A DNA stretch of 64,000 nucleotides, from positions 1-64,000 of IMG/VR virus record IMGVR_UViG_3300047320_000285, one strand, 5' to 3'. Below, in pieces: positions 37,687-47,650 of the stretch. How positions within the stretch are numbered: position 1 is the stretch's first letter; the number at the start of each line of letters is the position of its first letter. A model generated the notes under the pieces. The model was not told where the DNA came from and searched no databases. It worked only from the letters and a program-made list of their open reading frames with translations. The position numbers and the translations under genes are program-made.

Positions 37687-40041
37687 ATGGCGATTCACGA
37701 CATGTGGACGTTTGACCACGCGCCGCAGGGTTCGACTGATGTGTCGACCGGTTCAGGTAGTCCGGTATATGCGACCAATACGGGGACGTATTTTCAGTAC
37801 ACGGGCAATCCCGGGTACGTGTATGCCAACGGGATTGCTGGCGCTGCGCAGCTGACCAGTGACGGCTATCTGACCATGAATTCGAGCAGTTCGGCCAACC
37901 CGGGGATGGCGATCAAGGCCAATGAAGTCCAAGACTGGAGCGTGGCCACGCAGTATTGGGTAGGGTTTCGCACCAAGACTTCCAAACAGAATGTCGCGAC
38001 CGCTAACCTCTTTGCGATGTCGGACACCATCGGGATGGCGAATCCGACGGCTATGGTCCAAGAATCGGACATGACCGCTGCCAGCGCCAATACGCTCAAT
38101 ACCGAATATCAGGTCGAAATCTTTATCGACCGAGTGAACCGGACCTTTCAGGTATGGGTGGCCGGGGTCAATGTAAGGAACGGGGTCATTGCAGCCGCCA
38201 GTATTGTGGCCAACGGCAATGGCTTCTATTGGTTTGGTCCGTGGAATAGTGGCACCGCGCCAGGCAGTGCAACGCGTGCGTTCCGGGACTTTTACTGGCT
38301 GGATGTCGATGGTGTCGATACGACCCGCTTGGGTTCGGTCCGCTCGTCGCTGGCGCCGCTGAGCGCGCTGAATGCACCGAACTACACGCTCAATGCTCCG
38401 AGCAACACCGCGCCGGTCTTAAGCGGCAGCGCGACCATTGCGGCGACCCAGACGAAGTTTGGTGCTAATGCCTTGAATAACGGCGCTGGCGGCGCCACTA
38501 ACGGTATCTCGATTCCGAGCATTCCTGCGCTGCAGTTCACCACGGACTTCACGATCGAAATGTGGGCGTATCCAACCACCAACTCGGTCAACATGATTTT
38601 GGCGGGTAAGGGTGCCAAGGCCTTGTTGTGGTATGCCTCGGGGCCGCGTTTGCAGCTGACAATCGATGGTGCCGGCGGTGCGCAGATCAATGCCGCACCC
38701 ACCATCGCGTTGAACACATGGCACCACATCGCGCTGACGCGCCAAGGTAATACGTGGAACATCTGGCTCGACGGGGTCTCGGTCGGTACGTACAGCGGCA
38801 CAGCTGCTGACAGTTGGGGTAACAATACTAACATCCTGTATCTGGCCAACGCACTCGATCAGTCTGGCTGGGGCGTGACTAATCCGGGCTTTGCAGGGTT
38901 CATCGACGAAGTCCGGATTAGTAACATCGCCCGTTATACGACCACTTTTACGCCCGCATCAGCCGCGTTCAGCCCGGACACCAATACGGTGGCGTTGTTG
39001 CATCTGGACTCGAACAGTGGTAGCAATCTAGTGGATTCGAGCGTCAGCGTGGCCACGCCGTTGGCGGCCTTGCAGGCGGCGTATCCGGTGCCGCCGGTAG
39101 TCACCCCGAATGTGATCAGTGCGGTTACCAATGATCCGCTCACCTCGAGCTTCGCCAGTGGCTTGGCCGCGAGCGCGAAGATCATCGCCGTTGATTATCG
39201 GGTCGCTGAGCAAGCATCAATCCCGGGCTCGCTGCTGAATCCCGTACTGAGTGATGGGACGAACAACGTCGCGCTGGCTCAGGTCTTCTCGCCGGTGAGT
39301 GCGATGCAATTCGGTCAACGGTTGGGCTTGCGGCGTGCTGCGCCGGACGGTGGCATTTGGACCCCAGCGAAAGTCTCGGCCGCGTCGTTGGCGTTGACGC
39401 CCGTCCAAGTCAAGACCTTGCTGTTGCTGCACTTCGATGGCACCAACGGCGCGACCACCACCACCGATGCTGCGGGTCTCAATGCGAGTTTGACGATGGC
39501 AGGCGGCAGCACCATCAATACGGCCCAGTCGAAGTTCGGTACCGCGGCGATGTTGAATGGCGGCTCAGCCAATGCTGGGGTCTCGATCCCCGATGGCCCG
39601 ACAGTGCGCTTCACGGCCGGTCTCAGTCTGACCATTGAATGCTGGTGCCGCTCGACCAATAACGGTCAGATCGGGGTACTGTTCGGTAAAGATGCGGGTT
39701 CGCCCTATTCGCACCTGACGTATAACGCCGGTCAGTGGCAGTTCTGGACGGGCGCGACCGGGTCGGCCTCGATCAGCGCGAACTCAGGCGTAGCCGTCAA
39801 TACGTGGATGCATATTGCGCTGGTGTTTAATGGCTCGACATTCTCGCTGTATCAGAACGGCGTGTTGTTGGGTTCAGCCGCAGGCGTGCAATTCGGCTCG
39901 GATAACACCTTGCCGTTTATGGTGGGTAACTACGGCGCGAATGCACCTTGGCAAGGTAATATCGATGAGTTCCGGATCAGTGCCTTGGCGCGCTACACGT
40001 CAGCCTTCACGCCCCCGACTCAGGCATTCGTGCTGGATTAA
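37687..40041 (+). CDS. Tail fibre / receptor-binding protein with two LamG (ConA-like lectin) domains (784 aa)
   Basis: Start at ATG 37687; repeats of TQxKFG...DFTIExW...WHHIA....G..W.I..DG...GFIDEVRIS..ARY...FTP. Confidence 0.85.
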   Translation: MAIHDMWTFDHAPQGSTDVSTGSGSPVYATNTGTYFQYTGNPGYVYANGIAGAAQLTSDGYLTMNSSSSANPGMAIKANEVQDWSVATQYWVGFRTKTSKQNVATANLFAMSDTIGMANPTAMVQESDMTAASANTLNTEYQVEIFIDRVNRTFQVWVAGVNVRNGVIAAASIVANGNGFYWFGPWNSGTAPGSATRAFRDFYWLDVDGVDTTRLGSVRSSLAPLSALNAPNYTLNAPSNTAPVLSGSATIAATQTKFGANALNNGAGGATNGISIPSIPALQFTTDFTIEMWAYPTTNSVNMILAGKGAKALLWYASGPRLQLTIDGAGGAQINAAPTIALNTWHHIALTRQGNTWNIWLDGVSVGTYSGTAADSWGNNTNILYLANALDQSGWGVTNPGFAGFIDEVRISNIARYTTTFTPASAAFSPDTNTVALLHLDSNSGSNLVDSSVSVATPLAALQAAYPVPPVVTPNVISAVTNDPLTSSFASGLAASAKIIAVDYRVAEQASIPGSLLNPVLSDGTNNVALAQVFSPVSAMQFGQRLGLRRAAPDGGIWTPAKVSAASLALTPVQVKTLLLLHFDGTNGATTTTDAAGLNASLTMAGGSTINTAQSKFGTAAMLNGGSANAGVSIPDGPTVRFTAGLSLTIECWCRSTNNGQIGVLFGKDAGSPYSHLTYNAGQWQFWTGATGSASISANSGVAVNTWMHIALVFNGSTFSLYQNGVLLGSAAGVQFGSDNTLPFMVGNYGANAPWQGNIDEFRISALARYTSAFTPPTQAFVLD

Positions 40042-40055
40042 TTAAAGGATGGATC

Positions 40056-42386
40056 ATGCCTATTCACGACATGTGGTCGTACGACGCGGCAGTGCAGGGG
40101 GCCACCGACGTGTCCACTGGTACCAGCCTCGCAGCGTATGTTGAAAACGGCCTGTATAACCAGTACAGCGGTTTGCCGGGCATGTTGTATAAGAACACCA
40201 GCGCTACGGCGGCGCTCGGCGTAGACGGCTTCCTGACGCTGACGGCGGCCGGTACGCTGAACGCCTGCTTGCTGGTGCAAGCCAAGGAGGTGCAGGACTG
40301 GTCGGTCGCTACGCAATACTGGCTGGGGTTCCGCACCAAGACCACCAGTCAGAACGTGGCCACTGCCCACGTGTTCAAGCTGGTTGACGTACCGGGCATG
40401 ACCAACGCGTCGGTGTTTCTGTTGGAGTCGGATTTGACGGCCGCAGGCGCTAACGTTTCCGGGACCGAGTATTACGTCGAGGTCTTTGTCGATCGCGTGA
40501 ATCTCGTCTATCAGGTCTGGGTCAATGGTATCCAGATCAAGAATGGCGCGATCAGCGCGGCCTCGGTGATCGCCAATGGCGGGAGCTACTACGTCTACGG
40601 CGCGACCGGCAGTCCGGCCAACCCGGTCAATGGTAATAACCGGTCGTTTCGGGATTACTATTTCGTCGATGTCGATGCAATCAAGACGCCGGGTCGACTT
40701 GGTTCGGTCCGGTCTTCGCCCCAGATCACTCCGCTCCCGAGTGCGCCGAACAACGGCTCGCTGTATCAGTCCACGATCTCCGCCACGCAGTCGAAGTTCG
40801 GTGGCTCGTCGCTGTCGGTGGGTGCTGCAGCCGCTTCGGTGGTGACGGTACCGGATAGCCCGGCGCTGCGCTTGGGGGTGACGGGAGACTGTACGGTCGA
40901 GTGCTGGGTCTATTACACGGGGGGTGGTACGACACCGGTGGTGTTCGGCAAACAGATCAACAACCTGCCGAACTACGCTCACCTCACGATGAGTAGCGGT
41001 AACTGGGTGTTCTATACGGACAGCGGCGCAGCCGTGATGACGGTAGCCTCCGGCGCGATCACCAATACGTGGGTGCATATCGCTGCGGTCAAACAAGGTA
41101 CGACGTGGACCCTGTATCAGAATGGGGTGGCGCTCGGCTCAGTGAACAATAACGGCACGTTCGGCAATAACAGCGCACCGTTCTTGATTGGTAACTGGGG
41201 TGGTCTCAACTCGCAATGGCTCGGGTTCATCGACGAGTTCCGTATCAGTAACATCGCCCGTTACACCGCAGCCTTTACACCGCCCACGCAGGTCTTTACA
41301 CCGGACGCAAACACACTTGCGCTGTGGCACATGGAGAGCAGTGTTCTGGGGCAGATTCTGGATTCGGTCCCAGCCTTTACACCAACCACTCTGCCCACCT
41401 CGCCCAATGCAGTAGGCTATAGCGCGCAGCTGCTGGGTTCGGCTGGTTTGTCGACTACGCAGGCCAAGTTCGGCACTAGCTCGTTTGTGACCAACGGCGT
41501 GGCGGGCTCGTGCGCGCAGATCCCGGACGCACCGCAGTTGCGCTTGATCAACGACTGGACGATCGAGTTCTTTACGTACAACCCGTCGCCGGCTACGGTA
41601 ATGATGTACCTGAATAAGGGCACCAACGCGTATTTGTTTAACAATGCTGGCACGCTCGGTCTGTCGCTCGATCCGGCGAACTCATTGGTGATCAACGTGG
41701 CGGGTCTTCTGAAAGCTAATCAGTGGCAGCATATCGCGGTCACCAAGCTCGGTCTGAATGTGCAGTTGTGGGTTGACGGAGTATTGGCGGGTTCACTGGT
41801 GGCGGCACTCCCCAACGGCACGTTCGGTAATGTGGCCAGCCCGTATCAGATCGGCATGTGGACCAACAACACCGACGAGATGGTGGGTTTCATGGATGAG
41901 TTGCGCATCAGTAACATCGCCCGTTACATCGCACCGTTCACCCCGCCGACTCAGCAGTTTGTGGTCGACGCCAATACACTGGTACTGATGCACTTTGAGT
42001 CGGTGTTCAATGGCATGCTGGCTGATGATGCCTGCAACGTTGCAGACTTGCTGCAAACGCCTTATCTGGCACCCCCCGGTGTGTTGCCAATGCTGGTAAC
42101 CTCGCCGACTAACGATCCGGTGACTGTGCCGTTGGGTGCACCGACCCCCGGTAAGTTGTTGGCCGTCGATTTCCGGCTGGGGATCAAAGCCAATAATGGG
42201 CCGGCCAGCATGTCGGGACAACTGAATCAAGGCAGCAACAATCAGGCTACCCCTACCCTACAATTGACCGATAACAGTCTGGGCTACGCGCGACGTCTCG
42301 CACTGACGACTGCGGCGCCGGATGGCGGGGCTTGGACACAGGCCAAGATTGGCACCACGTCTTTGGTGCTGACGCCTAATACCTAA
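40056..42386 (+). CDS. Tail fibre / receptor-binding protein with two tandem LamG domains (776 aa)
   Basis: N-terminus paralogous to the 37687 gene (MPIHDMWSYD / QDWSVATQYWLGFRTKT); two LamG repeats. Confidence 0.85.
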   Translation: MPIHDMWSYDAAVQGATDVSTGTSLAAYVENGLYNQYSGLPGMLYKNTSATAALGVDGFLTLTAAGTLNACLLVQAKEVQDWSVATQYWLGFRTKTTSQNVATAHVFKLVDVPGMTNASVFLLESDLTAAGANVSGTEYYVEVFVDRVNLVYQVWVNGIQIKNGAISAASVIANGGSYYVYGATGSPANPVNGNNRSFRDYYFVDVDAIKTPGRLGSVRSSPQITPLPSAPNNGSLYQSTISATQSKFGGSSLSVGAAAASVVTVPDSPALRLGVTGDCTVECWVYYTGGGTTPVVFGKQINNLPNYAHLTMSSGNWVFYTDSGAAVMTVASGAITNTWVHIAAVKQGTTWTLYQNGVALGSVNNNGTFGNNSAPFLIGNWGGLNSQWLGFIDEFRISNIARYTAAFTPPTQVFTPDANTLALWHMESSVLGQILDSVPAFTPTTLPTSPNAVGYSAQLLGSAGLSTTQAKFGTSSFVTNGVAGSCAQIPDAPQLRLINDWTIEFFTYNPSPATVMMYLNKGTNAYLFNNAGTLGLSLDPANSLVINVAGLLKANQWQHIAVTKLGLNVQLWVDGVLAGSLVAALPNGTFGNVASPYQIGMWTNNTDEMVGFMDELRISNIARYIAPFTPPTQQFVVDANTLVLMHFESVFNGMLADDACNVADLLQTPYLAPPGVLPMLVTSPTNDPVTVPLGAPTPGKLLAVDFRLGIKANNGPASMSGQLNQGSNNQATPTLQLTDNSLGYARRLALTTAAPDGGAWTQAKIGTTSLVLTPNT

Positions 42387-42397
42387 GTGAGTGAGCT

Positions 42398-43456
42398 ATG
42401 TCGAAAGCAAAAAACATGTATGCGTTTGACCATATCCCGGTCGGTTCTTCCGCCACCGGCGGGAATGTGCCAACGTATAGCGATTTCCCGTTTGCCTACT
42501 TTAACTCGACGGTCGCTGGCGCGTTAAGTGGTGGTACGGCGGTGGATGCAGGTGGGACGTGGTTGGTCTCCGGCGCCGCTGGCGCAGCCAGTAACTTCTA
42601 CGCGGGCTTCTGGTACTACCCGATGGCGCAGTTCGACCTGAGCAAAGCACGCAGCTGGATTGGTTTTCGTCTGAAGATGATGAGTGCGAATCGCGTCAAT
42701 CCGCCGCTCGCAGTCTGGACGGCGGCTTTCGCCACGCAACCAGCGAACTTGGTGTTGGGTAACGATTACCCATTCGTGACGGGTCAGGAGCACTATGTTG
42801 AGGTGTTGATCGACCGCGTCAATAAGACGCGTACGGTCTGGGTGGACAGTCAGCTGGCGGTGCCAGCCGTGTCGTATGGTTCGTACACGATCCTGAGCAC
42901 GGACCTGTTGAGTTTCGGTACTAACGGTCCGACTGGCGGCTCGACCGCGCAAGCCTACCAGATCAAGGATGTGTACACCGTTGACGATCCGAACGATGGC
43001 TCAGTGACGCGCATGGGGCCGATTATCGCCCGACCGATTACGGAGGCTTCAGCTACCGGAGCCGGTTGGAATGCGTCAACCGGCACGCCTTTGTCAGCAC
43101 TGAATACGCCGGTCAATACCACTACCCCGAGTACGCCGAACGTGGCGTTCGCAGGTGACGGCACGCCGCTGATCGCGACGCTGCAAACGACCGCCGATCC
43201 GGGTGCGGTAGTGCAAGGTGTGCTGTTGATCGGCTCGGGTCAACGTAATCAGGGTACGGGCACGGTGTTTCGTACGACCATCACAGATCAAGCCACCCCC
43301 ACGCCGAATCAACAACAGATCGCCACGTTGTTTCCGGCCGGGTCGTATCAGTACGGTAAGAGCTTGGCGTTCTTGCCCAATGCGTTGGATGGCAGTAACT
43401 GGAGTGCAGCCAAGATTGCGCAGCTGACACTGTCCAATGTAGCCAGCGCGACTTAA
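42398..43456 (+). CDS. Paralog of the 37687/40056 genes lacking LamG domains (352 aa)
   Basis: FDHxP, WIGFR, EHYVEVLIDRVN, KDVY.VD, RMG N-part joined directly to the TPLSALNTP...PDG..W..AKI C-part. Confidence 0.8.
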   Translation: MSKAKNMYAFDHIPVGSSATGGNVPTYSDFPFAYFNSTVAGALSGGTAVDAGGTWLVSGAAGAASNFYAGFWYYPMAQFDLSKARSWIGFRLKMMSANRVNPPLAVWTAAFATQPANLVLGNDYPFVTGQEHYVEVLIDRVNKTRTVWVDSQLAVPAVSYGSYTILSTDLLSFGTNGPTGGSTAQAYQIKDVYTVDDPNDGSVTRMGPIIARPITEASATGAGWNASTGTPLSALNTPVNTTTPSTPNVAFAGDGTPLIATLQTTADPGAVVQGVLLIGSGQRNQGTGTVFRTTITDQATPTPNQQQIATLFPAGSYQYGKSLAFLPNALDGSNWSAAKIAQLTLSNVASAT

Positions 43457-43470
43457 CAAGGGGTCGGTAG

Positions 43471-46353
43471 ATGTCTACAACTTTTCGCAAGACCGCCGCC
43501 GTCACATGGACGAAGGACCCGACTTCCGTTTCCTTGCGAAATGCGAAAGCGGTGGCCTTCGCCAGTGATGTCGGCGGTAACTTGCGTAACTTGCAGGGGT
43601 ATGCGTTCCAGAGTCCGCTACCCGGCGGGAATCTGCGCACTATCCGCGGTTACGCCTTTCAGTCAGTGAAACCGGCCTTGCCCCTCAATGTCACGGGGGA
43701 CTTGGCGCTGTACGCACTGATCAACACCAACAACATCGCACTGAGCCCGTGGTCGGCCAGTAACTCGACGCTGGGTGTACCGAGCGCGTTAGGTACACCG
43801 CTGGCGAGTGGTCAGAATACGCAGGTCAGTCTGACGGCCAAGCAGAGTTCGGGTTACAGTGGGGCGATGACGTTTCAGTACGCCCGTCGTAATCTCGCGG
43901 ATGCTTTTCCGACACCGGTGGCGATTACCGTACCGGGCAGTGCGACGACGATCTACGCGCAGCTGGCGATGATCAACACGAAGTACGCGATGAACCTGAC
44001 GCAGGCGGACGTGGTGGATGGTCCGATTGCAGCAGGTGCCGCCAGCGTAGTACTGACTGCCAAGTCGACCAGCTGGTTGTTTCTGCCGGGCACCACCGCA
44101 ATTGCTGGTAGCCCGCCGACACTGGCCTCAGTGCTCACGGAGCCGAACCTGCCGGGCTTTACCAATGTCGCTGGGGTGGGTCCGGGTTATCCGTACGCGC
44201 AGTCAGTCTTGCAGATGCACTTTGAAGGCTCTGGTGCTGCTCTGGCGGCCGATAGCTTCGGGCATCCGATGACGACTGTGGGTAACGTGGGGGTGAACTC
44301 GACTTTCACGTCCAAGTTTGGCACGGGCTGTAGTGGTTCAACCGGCGTGGGGATTTACTACACGACGGTGGATCGCGGTGATCTGCGTCTGGGCGCAGAC
44401 TTCACGATTGAGTTCTGGATGTATTGTTCCAACGTCACCACGGCCACCGGTACGTTGCTGGCGAAGGGTGCTTCGTTGACCCAAGCGTCGATGCAGTTGG
44501 TGAACGCCAACTTGGTGATCAACTCGGATCAAACTCCCGGTTTGATTAACGTCGCGCACGGCGTTGCCGCTAACACTTTCACGCATATTGCGTTAGTGAA
44601 GGCTGCGGGTGTATGGACGTTGTATGTGGGTGGAGTGGCAAAAGCAACGATTACCAAGACCGATACGTTTGGTGTGAACGCTTCGCCGTTGGTGATTGCC
44701 AACAGCTTCAATGGCGCAGCACCGCCACCGACGTTTATGGACGAACTGCGGATCAGCAATGGTATCGCTCGGTACACGGCTGCCTTCACGCCGTTGACCT
44801 ATGCATTCGGTGACGTATCGACGACGACCTTCGATGGTTTGCCGACGGGTAACGCCCAGTTATTGATGCACTTTGACGGGGCCGATACCAGCACGGTGTT
44901 CAAGGAAGAGAATGGTCGACCGGTGACGAACACGGGTGGTCAGTTGACGACGGCGTTGGCTCAGTTTGGTCCGAGTTCGCTGGCACCGTTGCCGGTCAGC
45001 AGCAACGTCGTGACCCTGCCGTCTGACCACAGTCTCCAGTTGTCGGATAACTGGACGATGGAAGCGTGGGTCAACAACCTCAGTGCAGGTCAGACAGGGG
45101 TGGTGTTCTCGAAGGATAACGGTGCGTCACCGTTCGCCCACCTGACGTATGCGGCGGGTTTCTGGCAGCTGTTCCTCGATGGCGCGGCGGTCGCGATGTC
45201 GGTGGCCGCCAGCACGGTGTTGAACACGTGGATCCATATCGCGGTGGTTAAGCGGCGCGGTACCGTGGCGATTTACCAGAACGGTGTCTCGCTGGGCTCA
45301 CTTGCCGCCGCCAGTACGTTTGGTAACAACAATTCGCCGTTCCAGATTGGTAACTGGGGTGGTCTGGCCAATCCGTTCCAAGGTTACATCGACGAGGTCC
45401 GCGTGAGCAAGGTGGCGCGTTACTTTGGTAACTTCACCCCGCCTACCGCACCGTTTGCATTGGGTGCGGCTGACCGGATGACGCTCACACAAGCCTTCCA
45501 GAATAACGGTATTTTCTGGGTTGCACCGACTAGCGCCACCACGATTCTGGCCCAGCTGGCGACATGGAACACGATGTCTGGTGTACCTTTGAGTGCGACC
45601 GATTTGGCGGATGGTCCGATTGCTGCCAATGCTTCCAGTGTTACGCTGACGGCAGCAGCCACCAGTACCAGTCTGGTGCCGGGTAGTCAGATTACCATCA
45701 CGGCCAAGAACACTGCGTTGCTCATGCATTTCGATGGTACCAGTGGTGCGCAGACGTGGACCGACGAACGCGGGCATGCAATGACGACGTCGGGTGGGAC
45801 AGTTGCCACGTTACAGCTTTCCAACGTGCAGGCGAAGTTTGGTGGTACGTCGTTCCTCAGTACGGGCGCAGGCGCAATCATCACCCCGTCAGCGCCGGAG
45901 CTTATGTTGGGGGTCACCACGGACTTCACCATTGAGTTCTTCTTTAACATGATCGGTGTCGTGGCTGGTCAGGTGATGTACGAGAAGGGCAACTCAGGCG
46001 CGCGGGTGCAGTACAACGCCGGTAAGCTGTATGTGTATTCCGACCAGTCAGCGAATACGGACGGGGGTCAGTTGCTGACCGTGGCAGCGAGCTTTATCAA
46101 GACGGCTCAATGGCAGCACATCGCCATCGTCAAGTTCAACGGTACGTGGACTGCGTATGTGGATGGGGTGGCGCAAGTCAGTGTCAGTGCACCGACGCAG
46201 ACCTTCGGCAATAACACCAACAACGTGATTATTGGTAACTACTTCAACGGTGCAAACCCGCAGAACGGTTACATGGACGAACTGCGGGTGAGTAACGTCG
46301 CACGTTATACGGCTGGCTTTACGCCGCCCACGGCGCCATTCGTGCTGGATTAA
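43471..46353 (+). CDS. Tail fibre / receptor-binding protein: family N-module + three LamG domains (960 aa)
   Basis: GQNTQVSLTA...GYSGAMTFQYARRNL module; three MHFxG...KFG...DELRxS..ARY..FTP repeats. Confidence 0.85.
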   Translation: MSTTFRKTAAVTWTKDPTSVSLRNAKAVAFASDVGGNLRNLQGYAFQSPLPGGNLRTIRGYAFQSVKPALPLNVTGDLALYALINTNNIALSPWSASNSTLGVPSALGTPLASGQNTQVSLTAKQSSGYSGAMTFQYARRNLADAFPTPVAITVPGSATTIYAQLAMINTKYAMNLTQADVVDGPIAAGAASVVLTAKSTSWLFLPGTTAIAGSPPTLASVLTEPNLPGFTNVAGVGPGYPYAQSVLQMHFEGSGAALAADSFGHPMTTVGNVGVNSTFTSKFGTGCSGSTGVGIYYTTVDRGDLRLGADFTIEFWMYCSNVTTATGTLLAKGASLTQASMQLVNANLVINSDQTPGLINVAHGVAANTFTHIALVKAAGVWTLYVGGVAKATITKTDTFGVNASPLVIANSFNGAAPPPTFMDELRISNGIARYTAAFTPLTYAFGDVSTTTFDGLPTGNAQLLMHFDGADTSTVFKEENGRPVTNTGGQLTTALAQFGPSSLAPLPVSSNVVTLPSDHSLQLSDNWTMEAWVNNLSAGQTGVVFSKDNGASPFAHLTYAAGFWQLFLDGAAVAMSVAASTVLNTWIHIAVVKRRGTVAIYQNGVSLGSLAAASTFGNNNSPFQIGNWGGLANPFQGYIDEVRVSKVARYFGNFTPPTAPFALGAADRMTLTQAFQNNGIFWVAPTSATTILAQLATWNTMSGVPLSATDLADGPIAANASSVTLTAAATSTSLVPGSQITITAKNTALLMHFDGTSGAQTWTDERGHAMTTSGGTVATLQLSNVQAKFGGTSFLSTGAGAIITPSAPELMLGVTTDFTIEFFFNMIGVVAGQVMYEKGNSGARVQYNAGKLYVYSDQSANTDGGQLLTVAASFIKTAQWQHIAIVKFNGTWTAYVDGVAQVSVSAPTQTFGNNTNNVIIGNYFNGANPQNGYMDELRVSNVARYTAGFTPPTAPFVLD

Positions 46354-46400
46354 CAATTGTAAGAGCGCTGTAAGCAGGATTAAGTTCCTACGGCAATCTT

Positions 46401-46430
46401 ATGTGGGCTCTCTCGTTGTGAGAGAGCCCA
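46401..46430 (+). promoter_or_regulatory. TATG late-promoter-like motif followed by a 12-bp hairpin
   Basis: cttatg (46397-46402) overlapping gtgggctctctc-gttgt-gagagagcccac upstream of the 46450 gene. Confidence 0.45.
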
Positions 46431-46449
46431 CGTCTTCCTCGAGGGAATC

Positions 46450-46992
46450 ATGGCAAAAATCGATGCAAGCAAGTCCGCATTGGACAACTTGCTTGTTCTG
46501 GTGAATACGGCCAACACTGGCCAAACCATCACGAACGCGCAAGTGACCGCGGCAGCTGCGACGGTGAAAACCGATACCGGCGACGGTCGCAACACCTCCG
46601 TGGTGTTGTCGGCAGTGGGCGGCCAAGGTTATAGCGGTTCGCAGACGGTCAACTACACCCGGCGCGCGCTGAACGACAGTGTCACGTCGCCGAACTTCGC
46701 AGCCACACAAACCATCGGTGACACGGCCTCGGCAATCATCGCTGCGCTCGCCACCACCAACGGCCTCGTGGCGTCGGAACTTCACCTCGAAGATCCGGGC
46801 GCACCCGGTACGCCGGTCACGGGTGCGATCAACAACAGCCCCGCTACGTTGAACCTCGTGTCGGCCAACGGCTCGCTGTTGTACATCGACGGTTCGTCGC
46901 AAGCGATCACGTTCACGTGGAACGCACCGTCGGTGCCTCTGACGACGGCGATCGCCACGGTTGACCTCGCCGGCTTCGACGCGGCTTCCTAA
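46450..46992 (+). CDS. Tail-fibre family paralog, N-module only (180 aa)
   Basis: LLVLVNTAN...GRNTSVVL...GYSGSQTVNYTRRAL...PLTTAIATVDLAGF; highly biased codons. Confidence 0.8.
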   Translation: MAKIDASKSALDNLLVLVNTANTGQTITNAQVTAAAATVKTDTGDGRNTSVVLSAVGGQGYSGSQTVNYTRRALNDSVTSPNFAATQTIGDTASAIIAALATTNGLVASELHLEDPGAPGTPVTGAINNSPATLNLVSANGSLLYIDGSSQAITFTWNAPSVPLTTAIATVDLAGFDAAS

Positions 46993-47008
46993 GCGCGGTG
47001 GTAGGACA

Positions 47009-47042
47009 GAAGCAGGGGCCTTCGGGCTCCTGCTTTTTTATG
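47009..47042 (+). terminator. Intrinsic terminator ending in TTTTTATG
   Basis: agcaggggcc-ttcg-ggctcctgct-ttttttatg. Confidence 0.8.
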
Positions 47043-47076
47043 CCGAATGCTATGCCTTCCCCTCTTGTGAGTAATC

Positions 47077-47544
47077 ATGCCGAATATTCAAATCGATCCA
47101 AGCAAGTCTGGCTTGGAAAACCTGCTGGCTATGGTCGATGCGTTCAATACGAACGGCCCTGCCACGCCTGACGAAGTGAGCGTGAGTAACCTGCAGGCGA
47201 TCACGCCTAACGGGGTGCTTAACACCTCGGTCACCCTCACGGGTACTAACACCGGCGCTACTCACTATACGGGTAGTGTCACGGTCGAATACGGGCGACT
47301 GGTGCTGGCAGATGAAGCTACCAACCCGTCGACACCGGTGGAGATCCCCAACGGTACAACCGACCCGGTTGTCATCCTCGGCTTGGTCGCCACACATTAC
47401 GGGTTTGTGCTGGCGGACATTAGCTGGCAAGCTAACCCGACGGTACCCGGTGCGTTTCCGGCCGACACCAGCGAGACGGTCCAGTGTTCGGGTTCACTCG
47501 TGTATCAGGACGGCACGGCAAGCGTCAATCTGCACTGGGATTAA
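47077..47544 (+). CDS. Tail-fibre family paralog, N-module only (155 aa)
   Basis: LLAMVDAFN...LNTSVTL...YTGSVTVEYGRL; the start MPNIQIDPSKSGLENLL resembles the 46450 gene (KIDASKSALDNLL). Confidence 0.8.
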   Translation: MPNIQIDPSKSGLENLLAMVDAFNTNGPATPDEVSVSNLQAITPNGVLNTSVTLTGTNTGATHYTGSVTVEYGRLVLADEATNPSTPVEIPNGTTDPVVILGLVATHYGFVLADISWQANPTVPGAFPADTSETVQCSGSLVYQDGTASVNLHWD

Positions 47545-47552
47545 GCCTGCCT

Positions 47553-47582
47553 TTGAGCCCCGCCCGCAGGCGGGGCTCTATG
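47553..47582 (+). terminator. Hairpin ending in TATG
   Basis: gagccccgcc-cgca-ggcggggctc-tatg. Confidence 0.7.
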
Positions 47583-47596
47583 CCAGTTCTATTTTA

Positions 47597-47613
47597 TCTC
47601 GGACCTATATCAC
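47597..47613 (+). promoter_or_regulatory. Variant early promoter (TCTC-N5-TATATCAC)
   Basis: Same spacing as the other four copies, with one mismatch in each box. Confidence 0.45.
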
Positions 47614-47650
47614 GTGAATGTACTGGATACCTAATCGAAGGAGCAACATC

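Noticed and set aside
37687-46353. Diversity-generating retroelement (TR/VR) among the similar LamG ends
   Set aside because: Differences between repeats are mostly synonymous and not adenine-specific; all copies are in-frame coding; no reverse transcriptase in the window.
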